Shown here one piece after another: positions 22,598-34,300 of a stretch of 64,000 nt of DNA (position 1 is its first letter; each line of letters starts with the position of its first letter). This DNA is from Strigamia acuminata (Eukaryota): positions 30,690,001 through 30,754,000 of the forward strand of contig OX442314.1 of assembly GCA_949358305.1 (NCBI GenBank), given 5' to 3'. The notes under the pieces were generated by a model. It saw only the letters and a list, made by a program, of their open reading frames with translations, searched no databases and had not been told where the DNA came from. Position numbers and translations under genes: made by a program.

Positions 22598-25500
22598 TCA
22601 CACTGCCGGCGGCACGGGACCGGAATGAATCTCCATTTTTATTAAGCGTTGCACAGGTCGCCTAAATTTATTGCCGTTAGGCATTAACAATTCGCATGAG
22701 CGCGTCACACCGTCTTTGCCGGGATGAATACTGGTAACACGTGCCATTTTCCAGTTAACTCTTGATTTTAGTAAATCCTCCACTAACACTACATCTCCCG
22801 TTTGAAGTTGACAAGTATTTGGTTTTCCCACTTGTCTCTTTAAGTCGACCAAATACTCACGAGACCATCGTCGCCAAAAGTCCATCAAGATGCTTTGGCG
22901 TCTCTTCCATTGGTGGATGAATGACTGCTGAGTCGGTTCGTTCAAGGTAGCGTCTTCAGCAGATGGCAAACTTGTCAGGTTGGTCCCCGTCAAAAAATGG
23001 GCCGGTGTGAGCGCTTCGGGTTCATTTGGCGCGTCATAGATGTAGGTAATAGGTCTTTTGTTGATGATGGCCTCTACCTGGGTGAGCAAAGTTTCAAGTT
23101 GGAAGAAGTTGAGAGAGGCTGATCCTATCGTTTTTTTTAAACAAGATTTGACAGTTTGAATCATCCTCTCCCAAAATCCTCCCCACCAAGGAGCATTTTC
23201 CACGATGAATTTCCACTCAATCCCTTTTTGGGTTAAGAAATTGCGCACGGAATCGTCTTTTGTATTTTGCAGCAGAGCGCACAGTTCACGGTTTGTACGA
23301 TGGAACGTCGTCCCGTTGTCACTGTAGATGGTCCTAGGCATCCCTCGTCGGCTGATGAAGCGTTCCAGCACGCCTACGAAATCTGAGGTGGTAAGTGACG
23401 GAATCAGTTCCAAGTGTACTGCTCGGACATTGGCGCAAGTGAAGAGGGCGATGTATGCTTTGGTCTTCCTTCCACGTACGATGATTGGGCCTGCGAAATC
23501 GACTCCAGTGATGGCGAATGGGCTGCACTGTGATACTCGATCAAAAGGTAGTTGTCCGGGCACTTCTCTCATCAATCGTCCATTTATTCTCTTGCAAGTC
23601 ACACACTTGTTTAGAATCGTTTTCAAAGTTCTCCTTGCGGCCGGCGTCCAGTAATTCTGACGAAAATATGCCAAGGTAGCTGTCAAACCGCAATGGAAAA
23701 CCTGAGAATGTGAAAACGATAAAATCAATTTAGTGAGTGCATGATCGGACGGGAGAAGCACGGGGGAGTTTGCAGTGATGGCATCTTTGGAGTTCTTGAG
23801 TCGAGTGTCCAATTTGAGCACGCCAGAAACGTCCAAAAAAACTTTTAAGTTTTGTAGTTTTGAATCGGTCAACGGCTTTCCGTTTTGTAATCGTGTCATC
23901 TCGGCTCCGTAACACTCTCGCTGTGCAGCCCGGATCAGTGTCATCTCGGCTCGCTTGAGTTCGGTGACGGTTAGTGGTCCTTGGATTTTTTCTGAGGTGT
24001 CAGCAGCTCGTGTATTGGCTGCGAATCTCAGCATCCAAGCTGTAACGCGTCGTATCCGAGCGAACGAGCTAAATTTGGAGAAAATGAAATCGGTATTAAT
24101 GATTTGGAGGGATTCGATGTGAATTTTCATGTCGTCCTCATCCGAATCGTCTGTTATTTCCGTCTGTGAATTTGGCCAATCGTCACGTGAGCCTCGTATC
24201 CAGTCTGGTCCGTTCCACCACAGCTTGTCAGTTAGCAACTCGTCGACTGTCAAACCACGTGTTAGGCGGTCCGCGGGATTGTCGACGCCCGGAACATGTC
24301 TCCAGTTGTCGATTTTTGATTTCTCGCGGATCTCCAGCACCCTATTTTGAATGAAAGTCGGTGGTCTTTTGGCTGTGTTGCGGATCCAGTGGAGGCAGAT
24401 TTGCGAGTCGGTCCAATAATGTACTTCACGGCAACTCGTCACTTGTTTAATTTGGTCGGCCATGCGGACTGCAACCAAGGCTCCCATCAGTTCCAATTTT
24501 GGTAATGTCAATGCTTTGACTGGCGCCACCCTACATTTAGAAAAAATAAAGAATGATTCAATTAAATCTTCCGTGGTGTCTTGTATGTAGGCGACGGCGC
24601 CGTATGCCTTGGGACTCGCATCTGAGAAAATATGGATCTCGCAGTTCATTTCATTCTTCACCCCGAGCCATCTTGGAATGTTGAATTTGCTCAAATTTGG
24701 AATTTGTTCTGCCCATTTAAGCCAGTTGAGTCTAAGAGCTTCATCCAATTTTTCATCCCATTCTAATTTTCTCAGCCAAAGTGATTGGAAAAATATTCTC
24801 GCGGTGACGACGAATGGGGTTACGAATCCGAGTGGGTCGAATATTTGGGCGGTAATTTGGACGACTTCTCTCTTCGTCGCTGTTTTGTTGTTCACGCTTG
24901 ATATATTTTCCATTTGTAAACTCAGCGTGTCTGAAGTTGGGTTCCATTTCAGTCCTAGCACTTTTGATTCTTCATCTGACGTTACTTCTGCGTTTGTAGG
25001 GTCGTCCTTTCTGAATATCTCGCGCAATTCGGGAGAATTAGACTGCCATTTTACCAGTTGCATGCCGGCGGATGAGAGCATTTCGCGGGATTGATCGTAT
25101 GTCTTCATTGCCTGTTCAATGTCGTCCACCGACGTGAGCAGGTCGTCCACGTACAAAAATCGACTGAGTAATTCGTATGTGGTGGGATATTTGTCTTTGT
25201 AGATTTTGATGTGACGTTTTATGGTCGCGTTCAATAGGAAGGGGCTGGGCGCAGCGCCGAAAAGAACACGTGTTTGACGTAGTATTCGAATTTTGGCTCG
25301 TCCCGTCCCGTCCCAGTCTGCACAGATCCAAAAAAACCGTGTCACGTCTCGATCTTTGACTTCAATCTCGATCATGTGGAATGCTTTGCGAATATCCGAT
25401 GCTTCAGCGATTTTTCGTAGTCTGAATTTTGTTAAAACGACAATTAGGGACGGCAAAAAGTTTATACCTTTAGATAGGCAGTCGTTCAGCGATAGCTGTC

Positions 25501-27232
25501 CCTTTCGATGGGCTGACGCGTCGAACACGATCCTCAGTTTTGTTGTAACTCGCTCTTCTTTTATTATTGGCCTGTGTGGCATGTAATAAATCGGGTTGGA
25601 CGTGTCTCCGGTCACTTCTTCAACGATGCCTTGTTCCAATTGTTCCTCGATGACCTTTTTATATTCTAAATACAAGTTAGGCTGTCGTCGAAATTTTCTA
25701 AGCAAATTCATGAAACGCTGCTCTGCAATGGTAAAATTATCTTCCAGCTCGTTGCTGTCGACGATCCACGGCAGTGCAACCGAGTAGTTGGTTCCAGTCC
25801 ATCGTATTGATTCGTTGAATTTGCGCAGAACTTCGACTTCATCCGTGTCTTCCACCGACTCATGCTGGATTCCAATGGCCTCCAATTCCCAGAGTTTCTT
25901 CATAATGTCATCTGTGGATTGTACAAGGGTGATTTTATTTGTTTTCACCGTTGTTGCAAGGATGTGTGTGCCATTGGTTGTTTGTCCATGCAGTGTCCAC
26001 CCAAAGTTTGTGTTGACCGCTATTAAGTTGTCTTCGATGAATTCGGTCTTCTTCGTCGTAATTTTCCAGTAGTTATCGACTCCAATTAACAAATCCACCT
26101 CGTCGGAATGCAGTGCTACCTGTCTGCACGTTACTTGGACTCCTTTTTGCTCTAATTTTTTGTTCAGGTATTCATTCGGGACTTCGCAGGGTGTTGACGT
26201 TACGTGTGGGATTTCTACGGCTTCGATCTTGATACGAGGCGTCTTGGCGTGTGTCGGAGTGAGAGTCAATTCCACTTTGTTGTGGACTCCAGTCGTCGGT
26301 TCACGTCCAAACACGGATAACGTCATTTGCTCAGTTCCTATAATTTTTAGATTCAATTTTCGCGATAATTCAGCTCTTATGAATGTCCGTTGTGCCCCGC
26401 CATCGACGTAGCACACGGCTGGTTTTGTCATTTTTTCACCAATCACGTTTACCATCGTGACCATCAAGAATTCGTATTTTCGATTGTTTTTACTCACGAC
26501 GGCTGAGGCGTGTACTTTTGACGCATTGTTGTCGATCGGGTTGACTCGTGGTTGATCGCAGATTTGAGTGTGGTGTAATCCATCGCATCGGAAGCATTTC
26601 ATGGTGGTACGGCAGTCTTCAGTTTTATGAGGTGTTCTGCCTAAACATCTCATGCAGGTTCCTTGAGATTGGATTTTCTTCCTTCGCTCTTCCACCGTGA
26701 GTGGGCACGTTTTTCTGCTGTGTTCATTAGAAGAGCAAAATTGGCATTTATTCATTACCACTGAGAGTGAGTTGACGGAACTCTCCTTGGCTCCTCCTCT
26801 GCGTCGATGTGACTTTCCCTTCGAATCTCCACTTCCTTTGGCCGGGTCAGTTGGCGTGGGTGTTTTGATCGCTTTTTGTTGGTTTATCATCATTTCGTAT
26901 CGATTCTCCTTTAATAAAAATTCTCGTACCCACGACATTAATCTGATTACCGATCGTTCGCCCTCGCAGTCGTCATCATATTTGCGCATCACGGTTCTCG
27001 GAATGGCTGCGGCCAGGACGGGGAACAGCATGCGTTGGATTTCTACGAGCGGAACTTGGATATTCGACAAGTTTTCCACGTTTATTTCCATGTGTCGGTG
27101 CAGCTTTTGTAGTCCAACAATGTCTCGTTCACTGCTAATGATTGGCAAATTTAATAAGTTAGACAAAAACCTGTTTTCCAACACTGCCCGATCACAGTAT
27201 TTTTTCGTCAGTCGATTCACAGCCACAGGCAT
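22598..27232 (-). CDS. pol: BEL/Pao polyprotein: gag C-part with 3 CCHC-type knuckles, protease, RT, Pao RNase H, integrase, C-terminal DUF5641-like region
   Basis: YVDGGAQRTFI, YVDD, FSDASPKAYG, VDFAGP/SDNG/ERMI, FWRRWSREY; stop lies inside the 3' LTR. Confidence 0.93.
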   Translation of the reverse strand: MPVAVNRLTKKYCDRAVLENRFLSNLLNLPIISSERDIVGLQKLHRHMEINVENLSNIQVPLVEIQRMLFPVLAAAIPRTVMRKYDDDCEGERSVIRLMSWVREFLLKENRYEMMINQQKAIKTPTPTDPAKGSGDSKGKSHRRRGGAKESSVNSLSVVMNKCQFCSSNEHSRKTCPLTVEERRKKIQSQGTCMRCLGRTPHKTEDCRTTMKCFRCDGLHHTQICDQPRVNPIDNNASKVHASAVVSKNNRKYEFLMVTMVNVIGEKMTKPAVCYVDGGAQRTFIRAELSRKLNLKIIGTEQMTLSVFGREPTTGVHNKVELTLTPTHAKTPRIKIEAVEIPHVTSTPCEVPNEYLNKKLEQKGVQVTCRQVALHSDEVDLLIGVDNYWKITTKKTEFIEDNLIAVNTNFGWTLHGQTTNGTHILATTVKTNKITLVQSTDDIMKKLWELEAIGIQHESVEDTDEVEVLRKFNESIRWTGTNYSVALPWIVDSNELEDNFTIAEQRFMNLLRKFRRQPNLYLEYKKVIEEQLEQGIVEEVTGDTSNPIYYMPHRPIIKEERVTTKLRIVFDASAHRKGQLSLNDCLSKGINFLPSLIVVLTKFRLRKIAEASDIRKAFHMIEIEVKDRDVTRFFWICADWDGTGRAKIRILRQTRVLFGAAPSPFLLNATIKRHIKIYKDKYPTTYELLSRFLYVDDLLTSVDDIEQAMKTYDQSREMLSSAGMQLVKWQSNSPELREIFRKDDPTNAEVTSDEESKVLGLKWNPTSDTLSLQMENISSVNNKTATKREVVQITAQIFDPLGFVTPFVVTARIFFQSLWLRKLEWDEKLDEALRLNWLKWAEQIPNLSKFNIPRWLGVKNEMNCEIHIFSDASPKAYGAVAYIQDTTEDLIESFFIFSKCRVAPVKALTLPKLELMGALVAVRMADQIKQVTSCREVHYWTDSQICLHWIRNTAKRPPTFIQNRVLEIREKSKIDNWRHVPGVDNPADRLTRGLTVDELLTDKLWWNGPDWIRGSRDDWPNSQTEITDDSDEDDMKIHIESLQIINTDFIFSKFSSFARIRRVTAWMLRFAANTRAADTSEKIQGPLTVTELKRAEMTLIRAAQRECYGAEMTRLQNGKPLTDSKLQNLKVFLDVSGVLKLDTRLKNSKDAITANSPVLLPSDHALTKLILSFSHSQVFHCGLTATLAYFRQNYWTPAARRTLKTILNKCVTCKRINGRLMREVPGQLPFDRVSQCSPFAITGVDFAGPIIVRGRKTKAYIALFTCANVRAVHLELIPSLTTSDFVGVLERFISRRGMPRTIYSDNGTTFHRTNRELCALLQNTKDDSVRNFLTQKGIEWKFIVENAPWWGGFWERMIQTVKSCLKKTIGSASLNFFQLETLLTQVEAIINKRPITYIYDAPNEPEALTPAHFLTGTNLTSLPSAEDATLNEPTQQSFIHQWKRRQSILMDFWRRWSREYLVDLKRQVGKPNTCQLQTGDVVLVEDLLKSRVNWKMARVTSIHPGKDGVTRSCELLMPNGNKFRRPVQRLIKMEIHSGPVPPAV

Positions 27233-27867
27233 TTACAGGCATTTATTTCGAGTGTTCTAATTTCCTCCATTGCGTCGCCGAGCAGATGAGCACGTAAGTG
27301 CAGCAGCTTTTGTTCCTCGTCGAGCGTCGCGTCGTCCGCGACCTGTACGCAAAAAGTCTTCCAGAAACCCCCCCAGTCCTCGGGTCGTTTCCCGTCGAAC
27401 CTCGGAATTTCCAGCGGTTTTCTTCTTACATTTTGGTGGATCACGGGCGGCGGAGTGGCTCGAGCGGTGGCGGTCACAGCGGCGGTCACGGCTGCGACGA
27501 GCGCGTCGTGGTCAATCGGCGTGGGTGCGGGCAGCGGAGCGTCGACTACAGGTGGAACAGGCGAGTAATTTATTCGAATGTACCTGTCTATCGTTGCCTT
27601 TGTAGCGGCTGCTCTGTCTTCTGTCGCATCCATATCGCCCATTGTTTCATCGATCTCGTGTTCCGACTTGGCTTGTTCCAAACAGACTTCAAACGATTTT
27701 TGTGCTCTGAGTAATTTTTGGTTGAGTTGTTGCGACCAAAGGGCGAGTTCGTCCTTCGACAATAGGGCTGCGTTGTTGACTCCCGTGGTGATAGTGGTCA
27801 TCAGGGCGTTGGCAGCAGCAATGGCCGTCATGAGCGCTCGCCTCTTTATCTCGTACACGCGTACCAT
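27217..27867 (-). CDS. gag: BEL gag N-terminal part (DUF1759-like), out of frame with the downstream ORF
   Basis: LEIPRFDG..WGGFWKTF...QKLLHLRAHLLGDA motif; starts ~45 nt after the PBS. Confidence 0.85.
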   Translation of the reverse strand: MVRVYEIKRRALMTAIAAANALMTTITTGVNNAALLSKDELALWSQQLNQKLLRAQKSFEVCLEQAKSEHEIDETMGDMDATEDRAAATKATIDRYIRINYSPVPPVVDAPLPAPTPIDHDALVAAVTAAVTATARATPPPVIHQNVRRKPLEIPRFDGKRPEDWGGFWKTFCVQVADDATLDEEQKLLHLRAHLLGDAMEEIRTLEINACKCLWL

Positions 27868-27910
27868 ATTTGTGATTCAGCGTGTGATGTGGGGAATTAC
27901 TTAGATGTTT

Positions 27911-27928
27911 TCCCGGGTTTCGGCACCA
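27911..27928 (-). promoter_or_regulatory. Primer-binding site, tRNA-Phe
   Basis: Plus strand TCCCGGGTTTCGGCACCA equals the 3' end of eukaryotic tRNA-Phe(GAA)+CCA; adjacent to the 5' LTR. Confidence 0.9.
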
Positions 27929-28871
27929 AATTTGAAATGCAAGGTGAATACTTGCGGATAGTTCATTAATTTCCTGGTTAACAATACTAAATTTCAAATT
28001 AATGTATGAAAATGAGAAATAAAGAAGCACGACTTGTTGGTTCAAAAACTTCTTCAAGACTAATTTTATTCTATTCAGAACAGTGGTAATTAAAAATACA
28101 AAGAAACAAATGACAAATACTCCATGCTACAGGGTGAAGCACACGGAGAAAATATGACGAGTTCCAAAGGGGAACGCCAGATAATTGCTAACACATAGAA
28201 AGACGAGTTGATTCTCAGAAAAAGATAAAAAGGTCAAGTTGAAAAATAGCCACTTCAAATTAAATAAAATACAACTTTAAAAGAATTAAATAAAACACAG
28301 TCAAATTCAATGATATATCAAATATCGGACTATTTCAAACAATGAACAAATAATGAATAAATTTTAATAATAATACACGTGTAAAAGCGTGTCGGTTTTC
28401 ACACAAAGTAACAATATAAATTCAACAATATTAATACGACTCAAATAACAATTCACACGTAAAATCATCCGATTTTCACATTATGCAAAGCAATTTGCAT
28501 CCTGCATCTTTATTGTTTAGTTTATTTAGTGCAAAAACTTCATTTCTTTAATGGTAATTACAAATATATACCTTTTAATGTATTTTTTACAAAAAAGAAT
28601 TTTAACACCGTGATAATATTTTTGTGAGCACCTTACATCTATACCCTAGTCAAATTAACCGTTTTTATTTTAGGATGTAAAACTACTTGTAGTTTAGCAT
28701 TCCTACCGCTAAATAATCCGGATTGTGATCCGGGCTATCGCATTTCAAATGCAATTATCAAATAATTACCAGAAATGCAATACGGAGTCTTAAAGGTTCA
28801 GCTATCAATACAAATACTCCTCCAGACCCAAACTCAACTCAAACCGAATCGCAACGAGCAAGGCAATCACC

Positions 28872-29514
28872 ATGAATGTGGGTTTTAATCTCTAATAGCA
28901 AAATAATTATTAAACACTAGTCTTAAAAATTCACTCAATTTTAGAAATTTATTCTCATCCTTATTCTGGGCGTGATCGTCGCTGTACACTCAAAAAAAGA
29001 CACAAAAGGAGCTGCAGCAAAACTGAAACCTTGTGGTGGAGGAGGCGGCAGTGGAACCAATGGAGGTTTTGGCTTTGGATACTCAAATGATCCAAACTGC
29101 AAAGGTGGTGGATCTGGAGGAGGCTCTGGTGGCGGTGGCGGCTCTGGGGGAGGCTCTGGTGGCGGATCTGGGGGAGGCTCTGCTGGCGGTGGCGGCTCTG
29201 GTGGCGGCTCTGGTGGAGGCTCTGGTGGCGGCTCTGGTGGAGGCTCTGGTGGCGGTGGCGGCTCTGGTGGCGGCTCTGGTGGCGGCTCTGGTGGCGGTGG
29301 CGGCTCTGGTGGAGGCTCTGGGGGCGGCTCTGGTGGAGGTTCTGGTGGCGGTGGCGGCTTTGGTGGAGGCTCTGGTGGTGGCTCTGGTGGAGGCTCTGCT
29401 GGAGGCTCTGGTGGCGGTGGCGGCTCTGGTGGAGGCTCTGGTGGATATGGATATGGGTATGGAGGAAATGAGGGATATGGATACGGATATGGAGGTGCGA
29501 AAAGACGTCGTTAA
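28872..29514 (+). CDS. Secreted Gly/Ser-rich protein (member 7); exons 28872-28877 and 28945-29514
   Basis: ATGAAT|gtgggt...ttttag|AAATTT; signal peptide; KPC...PNCK; GGGS repeats; GYGYG; ends KRRR. Confidence 0.88.
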
Positions 29515-29629
29515 TTCAGCACCGAATAACTACTTCCGAGGCCGCAAGCAGAAGCTTTAATGAAACCCTTTTCTATTTTTCAAAAAATCAACTTATAAAC
29601 TAGATTATCATGTTTTTTCTTTCTGTATA

Positions 29630-30393
29630 CAGGGTGGAACAAAAGTCTGTTCCCCTCAAATATTTCCTGAGCAATTGCATCTAGGCCAACTTTGATGAAG
29701 CGATCGTATAGGAAGTTGGGTGAGAGCAATCCAATGATGTCATCAAATTTGACCTTGAAGGCCATTTTCAAGGTTATTCACTTGCTAACTTCTAAACCAA
29801 TCAGGTTAGAGCAAAAAAGTCAATTACAAAGTTGTAGAGCATCATCAAATTAGTACTATCCAACTTATCTTAGTCATCTTAAGTTAAATGTTTTCCTTTT
29901 AAAAAGAAGACAAATCAGCTGAAATAAAGCCAGCCATTGTGACAAAACTTAAATTTCTATCACAAAAATACTGAATTACTTAAATAAACATATTCAAATG
30001 TGTATCATTATGCAAGTAAACAAGAACAACCACTGCCTTTTTTTAATGCCCTAATAATTATTTTATCACAAGAATAAAAAATTTCACTTTGCTGATTTTT
30101 TTCTGATTTGTCTCCTTTTGAAAAGGAAAACATTTAACTTAAGATGACTAAGATAAGTTGGATAGTACTAATTTGATGATGCTCTACAACTTTGTAATTG
30201 ACTTTTTTGCTCTAACCTGATTGGTTTAGAAGTTAGCAAGTGAATAACCTTGAAAATGGCCTTCAAGGTCAAATTTGATGACATCATTGGATTGCTCTCA
30301 CCCAACTTCCTATACGATCGCTTCATCAAAGTTGGCCTAGATGCAATTGCTGAGGAAATATTTGAGGGGGGAACAGACTTTTGTTCCACCCTG
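29630..30393. mobile_element. Tc1/mariner-type MITE family B with long TIRs
   Basis: TA|CAGGGTGGAACAAAAG...CTTTTGTTCCACCCTG|TA; empty sites near 15992 and 42149. Confidence 0.92.
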
Positions 30394-30776
30394 TATATTA
30401 TATTCGTACGGTAATATAGTCTACTACCGGTATATGTATTGTAAAATTAAATATTTGAACTTTTATGTCATTTTTAAAGAGGAGAGTCGCAAAAACTTTA
30501 ACATTAATTAAAATAACATCAAATTATCATGCAAAAAAAATATTTTTGAGAGTACTTGTAGTTTAAAAAACTTTGTTTTTTCTGCATTTTTTAAAAAAAG
30601 GTAAAACTTGTATTAAATAATTAGAAATTAAAAGTTAAATGCTAAAATTAGCAGTTCACTCACAGATGTGGCTGGTCAAGATCCTGAAAATGATTTCTTT
30701 TAAAAAATACCGTGAGAATAAAACTTTTGAAACATATTTCAACACGTACAATACTAGTAATAATAATTCCATTAAC

Positions 30777-31000
30777 CAGTGTTGTATCGAACGAGAACTA
30801 ATAGTTCGCGTTCGCGAACTTAGTTCGTAGTTCGCGAACTACGAACGCGAACTAGTTCCCCGTTTTGAAAGAACGGGAAAAACGAACTACGTTCTAGTTC
30901 AGTTCTAGTTCAGTTCAGTTCTAGTTCAGTTCAGTTCTAGTTCAGTTCAGTTCTAGTTCAGTTCTAGTTCGTTCACCGGACGTTTTATGTCAGAGCCAAT
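30777..31000. mobile_element. One end of a hAT-like MITE with GTTCT/GTTCA microrepeats
   Basis: Starts CAGTGTTG and interrupts sequence that is continuous near 16360; other end not found. Confidence 0.5.
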
Positions 31001-31343
31001 CATTGACGATTTCTTTAAGCATGGGGCTCGATTGGAGGAATTTATCCAACACACAAAATCGCGGTATTTTTGGAAATTTACGACTTTTTTCTCGATTTTC
31101 GAACACGTGGCGACAATCGCCGAATTTTCGTTTTCGGTTTTTCGTCGCGTCACTGGTGTAGTGATCCAAAAATGTAGACCCAAACACCATAACAAACATG
31201 AGTTTTTCATTCATATGTTCATAGAACTTTATTTAATAAGTTTAATAAGTATAATAAGTATACTCCTTCTTGACATATTGACATCTGAAGACAAGCGTGT
31301 TTTGAATTTTACTTTCGTCTTACAATGTAATCACACCTTTGAT

Positions 31344-34300
31344 TTCTATGCCGCTCAAAATTCAATTGAATTCTGCGATGCATCTCTTGATGCGATCTGC
31401 GCAATACATTCAATAGTACTCTGACATATTTCTCTGGATTGTTCTTGTCAAAAGGATTGGCATGTTTGATAATCCTTGGGTCGAAGGGTAATGTTACGAT
31501 TCGTCCCGTGTTCAGCAGCATCGGGCTTGAGCCTGTTGCCGCCGAGACATTATTACGCATCGCGAACGCGAATTCGTCTAAATAACGTGGCCATTGCGTG
31601 TGCACATCTGTGTACAAAGCCAGCATGGTTTTGATGTCCCTATTGGCTCGCTCTGTCGGGTTCGCCTGGGCATGGTACGTGCTCGTATGAGCCGGGCGAA
31701 TGTTGTACATTTCGCAATACTGATTGTAAATATCGGAAACAAATTGTTTTCCGTTATCGCTCACAATCTTTTTGGGGTGTCCCCATCTGTTTGTAACAGA
31801 TCTTAATTCTTGAACGCAATTAGCGCTCGTGGCTTTGGTCAAAGCCTTAATTTCAACGAACTTGGTACAATTGTCAATAATGACAAAGATATACTGGTTT
31901 TGGGACCTTCCCGCAGGTTTTGGGCCCATCAAGTCCATGTTAATACATTCCCAAGGATTGGTCATGTTGTGAGGCGTGTAGGGAGCTGCATGCCTTTTCT
32001 GTTGAATAGGCTTGTACTGGGCACAGTGCGTGCAGCTTTTGACGTAGTTCCTGACACTTCTACTCATACCAGGCCAGAAATATATTAAACGAGTTTTTTC
32101 AAGCGTCTTACTCATCCCAGCGTGACCGCTTAGGGGGTGGCCATGACAAGCGAAGAGTACTCGTTTTACGAGTGCACTGGGTACAACGGCTTTAAAGCCA
32201 TTTCCCGAATCGTTTAATTCCTCTTCGAACGAAGGGTTAAAATAGATGATCATTTGATCACCATCTTTTTCTTTTCTGTCCAAACAATAGTTTTTGACTT
32301 TGTTTTTCCATTCTTTTATTTCAGATTGTGGTATCCCAACAACCTTGTCATTCAATAAATATTCCCGAATGCGTTTGCATTCAGTATCTAGCAACTGAGC
32401 ATCTATTATTTCTCTCCTTGTAGGAGGGACTTCCTTAAGTATTTCTGTCAATGCACTGTACAAGGTTTCTTGTACTTCCTCCCCCTCCCTTTCTTCAGAA
32501 CATTCTTTAGAATTTTCTGAAAAATAGGAACGCATACTAGCCAAAAATTCTCGTTTTTCTGGGGCACGATTTAATGAAACAGAAGGATTTCCGTCCCATT
32601 CAGGCCAGTATTGTTTAATTTCGACAGGTTCCACATGATCTCGAAGAGGAATGTCTTCCTCTGTTAGTGGGGCTCTAGAAAGTGCATCTGCAACTTGATT
32701 AGCAGCACCTTTTCGAAAAACAATTTTAAAATTTCCACATTGGATTCTTAAGGCCCATCGGCCAAATTTCCCAGATGGTTCAGGCGTTCGCATCAACCAT
32801 TTCAGTGCTTCAGCATCTGACTCTAAAGTGAACGTACCATATTCGAGATATGGTTTGAATCGATCGATAGCCCACACAACTGCGAGACATTCGAGTTCCG
32901 GCGTTGTATAACGCTTCTCCGCTCCACGTAAAACTCTGCTTGCATAAGCTACAGGTCTGGGTACAGAAATGTTTTTCTGCTTCTTTTCATCGAATATATC
33001 GACGTCTTGGCAAAGGACAGCTCCTAAGCCTTCGTGAGAGGCGTCAGTCATGACGACAAATGGCAGAGTCATGTCTGGTTTGTGTAGACAATTGTCGCCA
33101 CAAAGTAGCTCTTTAATTTTATTAAAAGCTTCTGTCTGCTCGTCTCCCCATTCAAATGGAGTTTTCTCATTCATCATACGTGTGTATGGTGCGGCAATAG
33201 TTCCGTGATTTGGAACAAACTTCCTGAAGAAGTTAGTCATGCCGTAAAAGCGCTGAATGTCTTTAGCACACGTGGGGGTGGGAAATTTCATAATCGCCGA
33301 TATTTTATCGGGATCACCGAAGAGACCTTCGGGTTTAATCCAGTGGCCCAAGAACTTTAATTCTGTACGCCCAAAACGAGATTTCGCTTTATTTATTGTC
33401 ATGTTGGCTTGGTTAAGCCTTTCCAAAACATCTCGAACGTGTTTGAGATGATCATCCCAATTATCTGAATACACAATTACGTCATCCAAATAGACTAACG
33501 CGTAGTCTTGCAAAGCTGAGCCTAAAATACCTTCCATCAGACGCTGGAAGGTACAAGGCGCATTACAAAGGCCAAACGGCATTCGCACAAACTGATATGG
33601 ACCATTTGGCGTGTAAAATGCCGTCTTTGGACGATCTTCTTTACACATCTCGACTTGGTAGTAACCTTTGACAAGGTCAATTGACGTAAAATACCTAGCA
33701 GGACCAGTATTATGCAATAAAAGGTCAATGCTTGGCATTTGTATTACTTCGACTTCGGTGATGGCATTCAGCCACCGGTAGTCGATACACATCCTATACG
33801 AGCCGTCAGGCTTCGCAACAATGACTGGATGACTTATAAATGGCCCTTTGGCCTTTTCAATAAGCCCATCCTGTTCAAGTTCTGCAGCAAGTTTGGTCAT
33901 AATGGCTCTTTTGGCCGGGTTATACATTCTATACTGCATTTTGGGCAATGAATGCCCTTCTTTGAACTTGATTCGATGCTGAGTCACGTTAGTGCACCCA
34001 ACTTGATCACGAAATACATTTGGTATCGCGTTGATCACTTCGCGAAGTGCTAATCGTTGTTCTGGAGTGCAGTCGCTCTCCTCAACTAATTTCTCATCCC
34101 ATGGTAACACGGGAATGTCTGTTAGCTCGATTGAGTCAACTGCAGTCGTTAGACTTTCTAAATACTCGAAAGTAATTCGATTCAACGGGGCAAGGGCCAA
34201 ATTGGCTTCTTCCGACTCATAAGGGGCGGACCAATTAGGTTTATCTGCACAAGAGAACTCTTGTAGATGTGGATGCGGACTAATTTTCTGTCTGCGCATA

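Larger units (their letters stand above)
22130..28403 (-). mobile_element. Full-length BEL/Pao LTR retrotransposon
   Basis: 473-bp LTRs (22130-22602, 27931-28403) identical by eye; TSD CAAAG; tRNA-Phe PBS; PR-RT-RH-IN domain order. Confidence 0.95.
21711..28480 (-). mobile_element. BEL-like solo LTR of ~490 bp, split into 21711-22129 and 28409-28480 by the nested BEL element
   Basis: TG...CA ends; 5-bp TSD TTATG (21706-21710, 28481-28485); empty site TTATGTTATGCAAAG near 40402; starts TGTGAAAA like the inner LTR. Confidence 0.8.

Noticed and set aside
31309..31343. Last codons of the Gypsy pol ORF (QRCDYIVRRK)
   Set aside because: Read-through into host flank beyond the truncation junction
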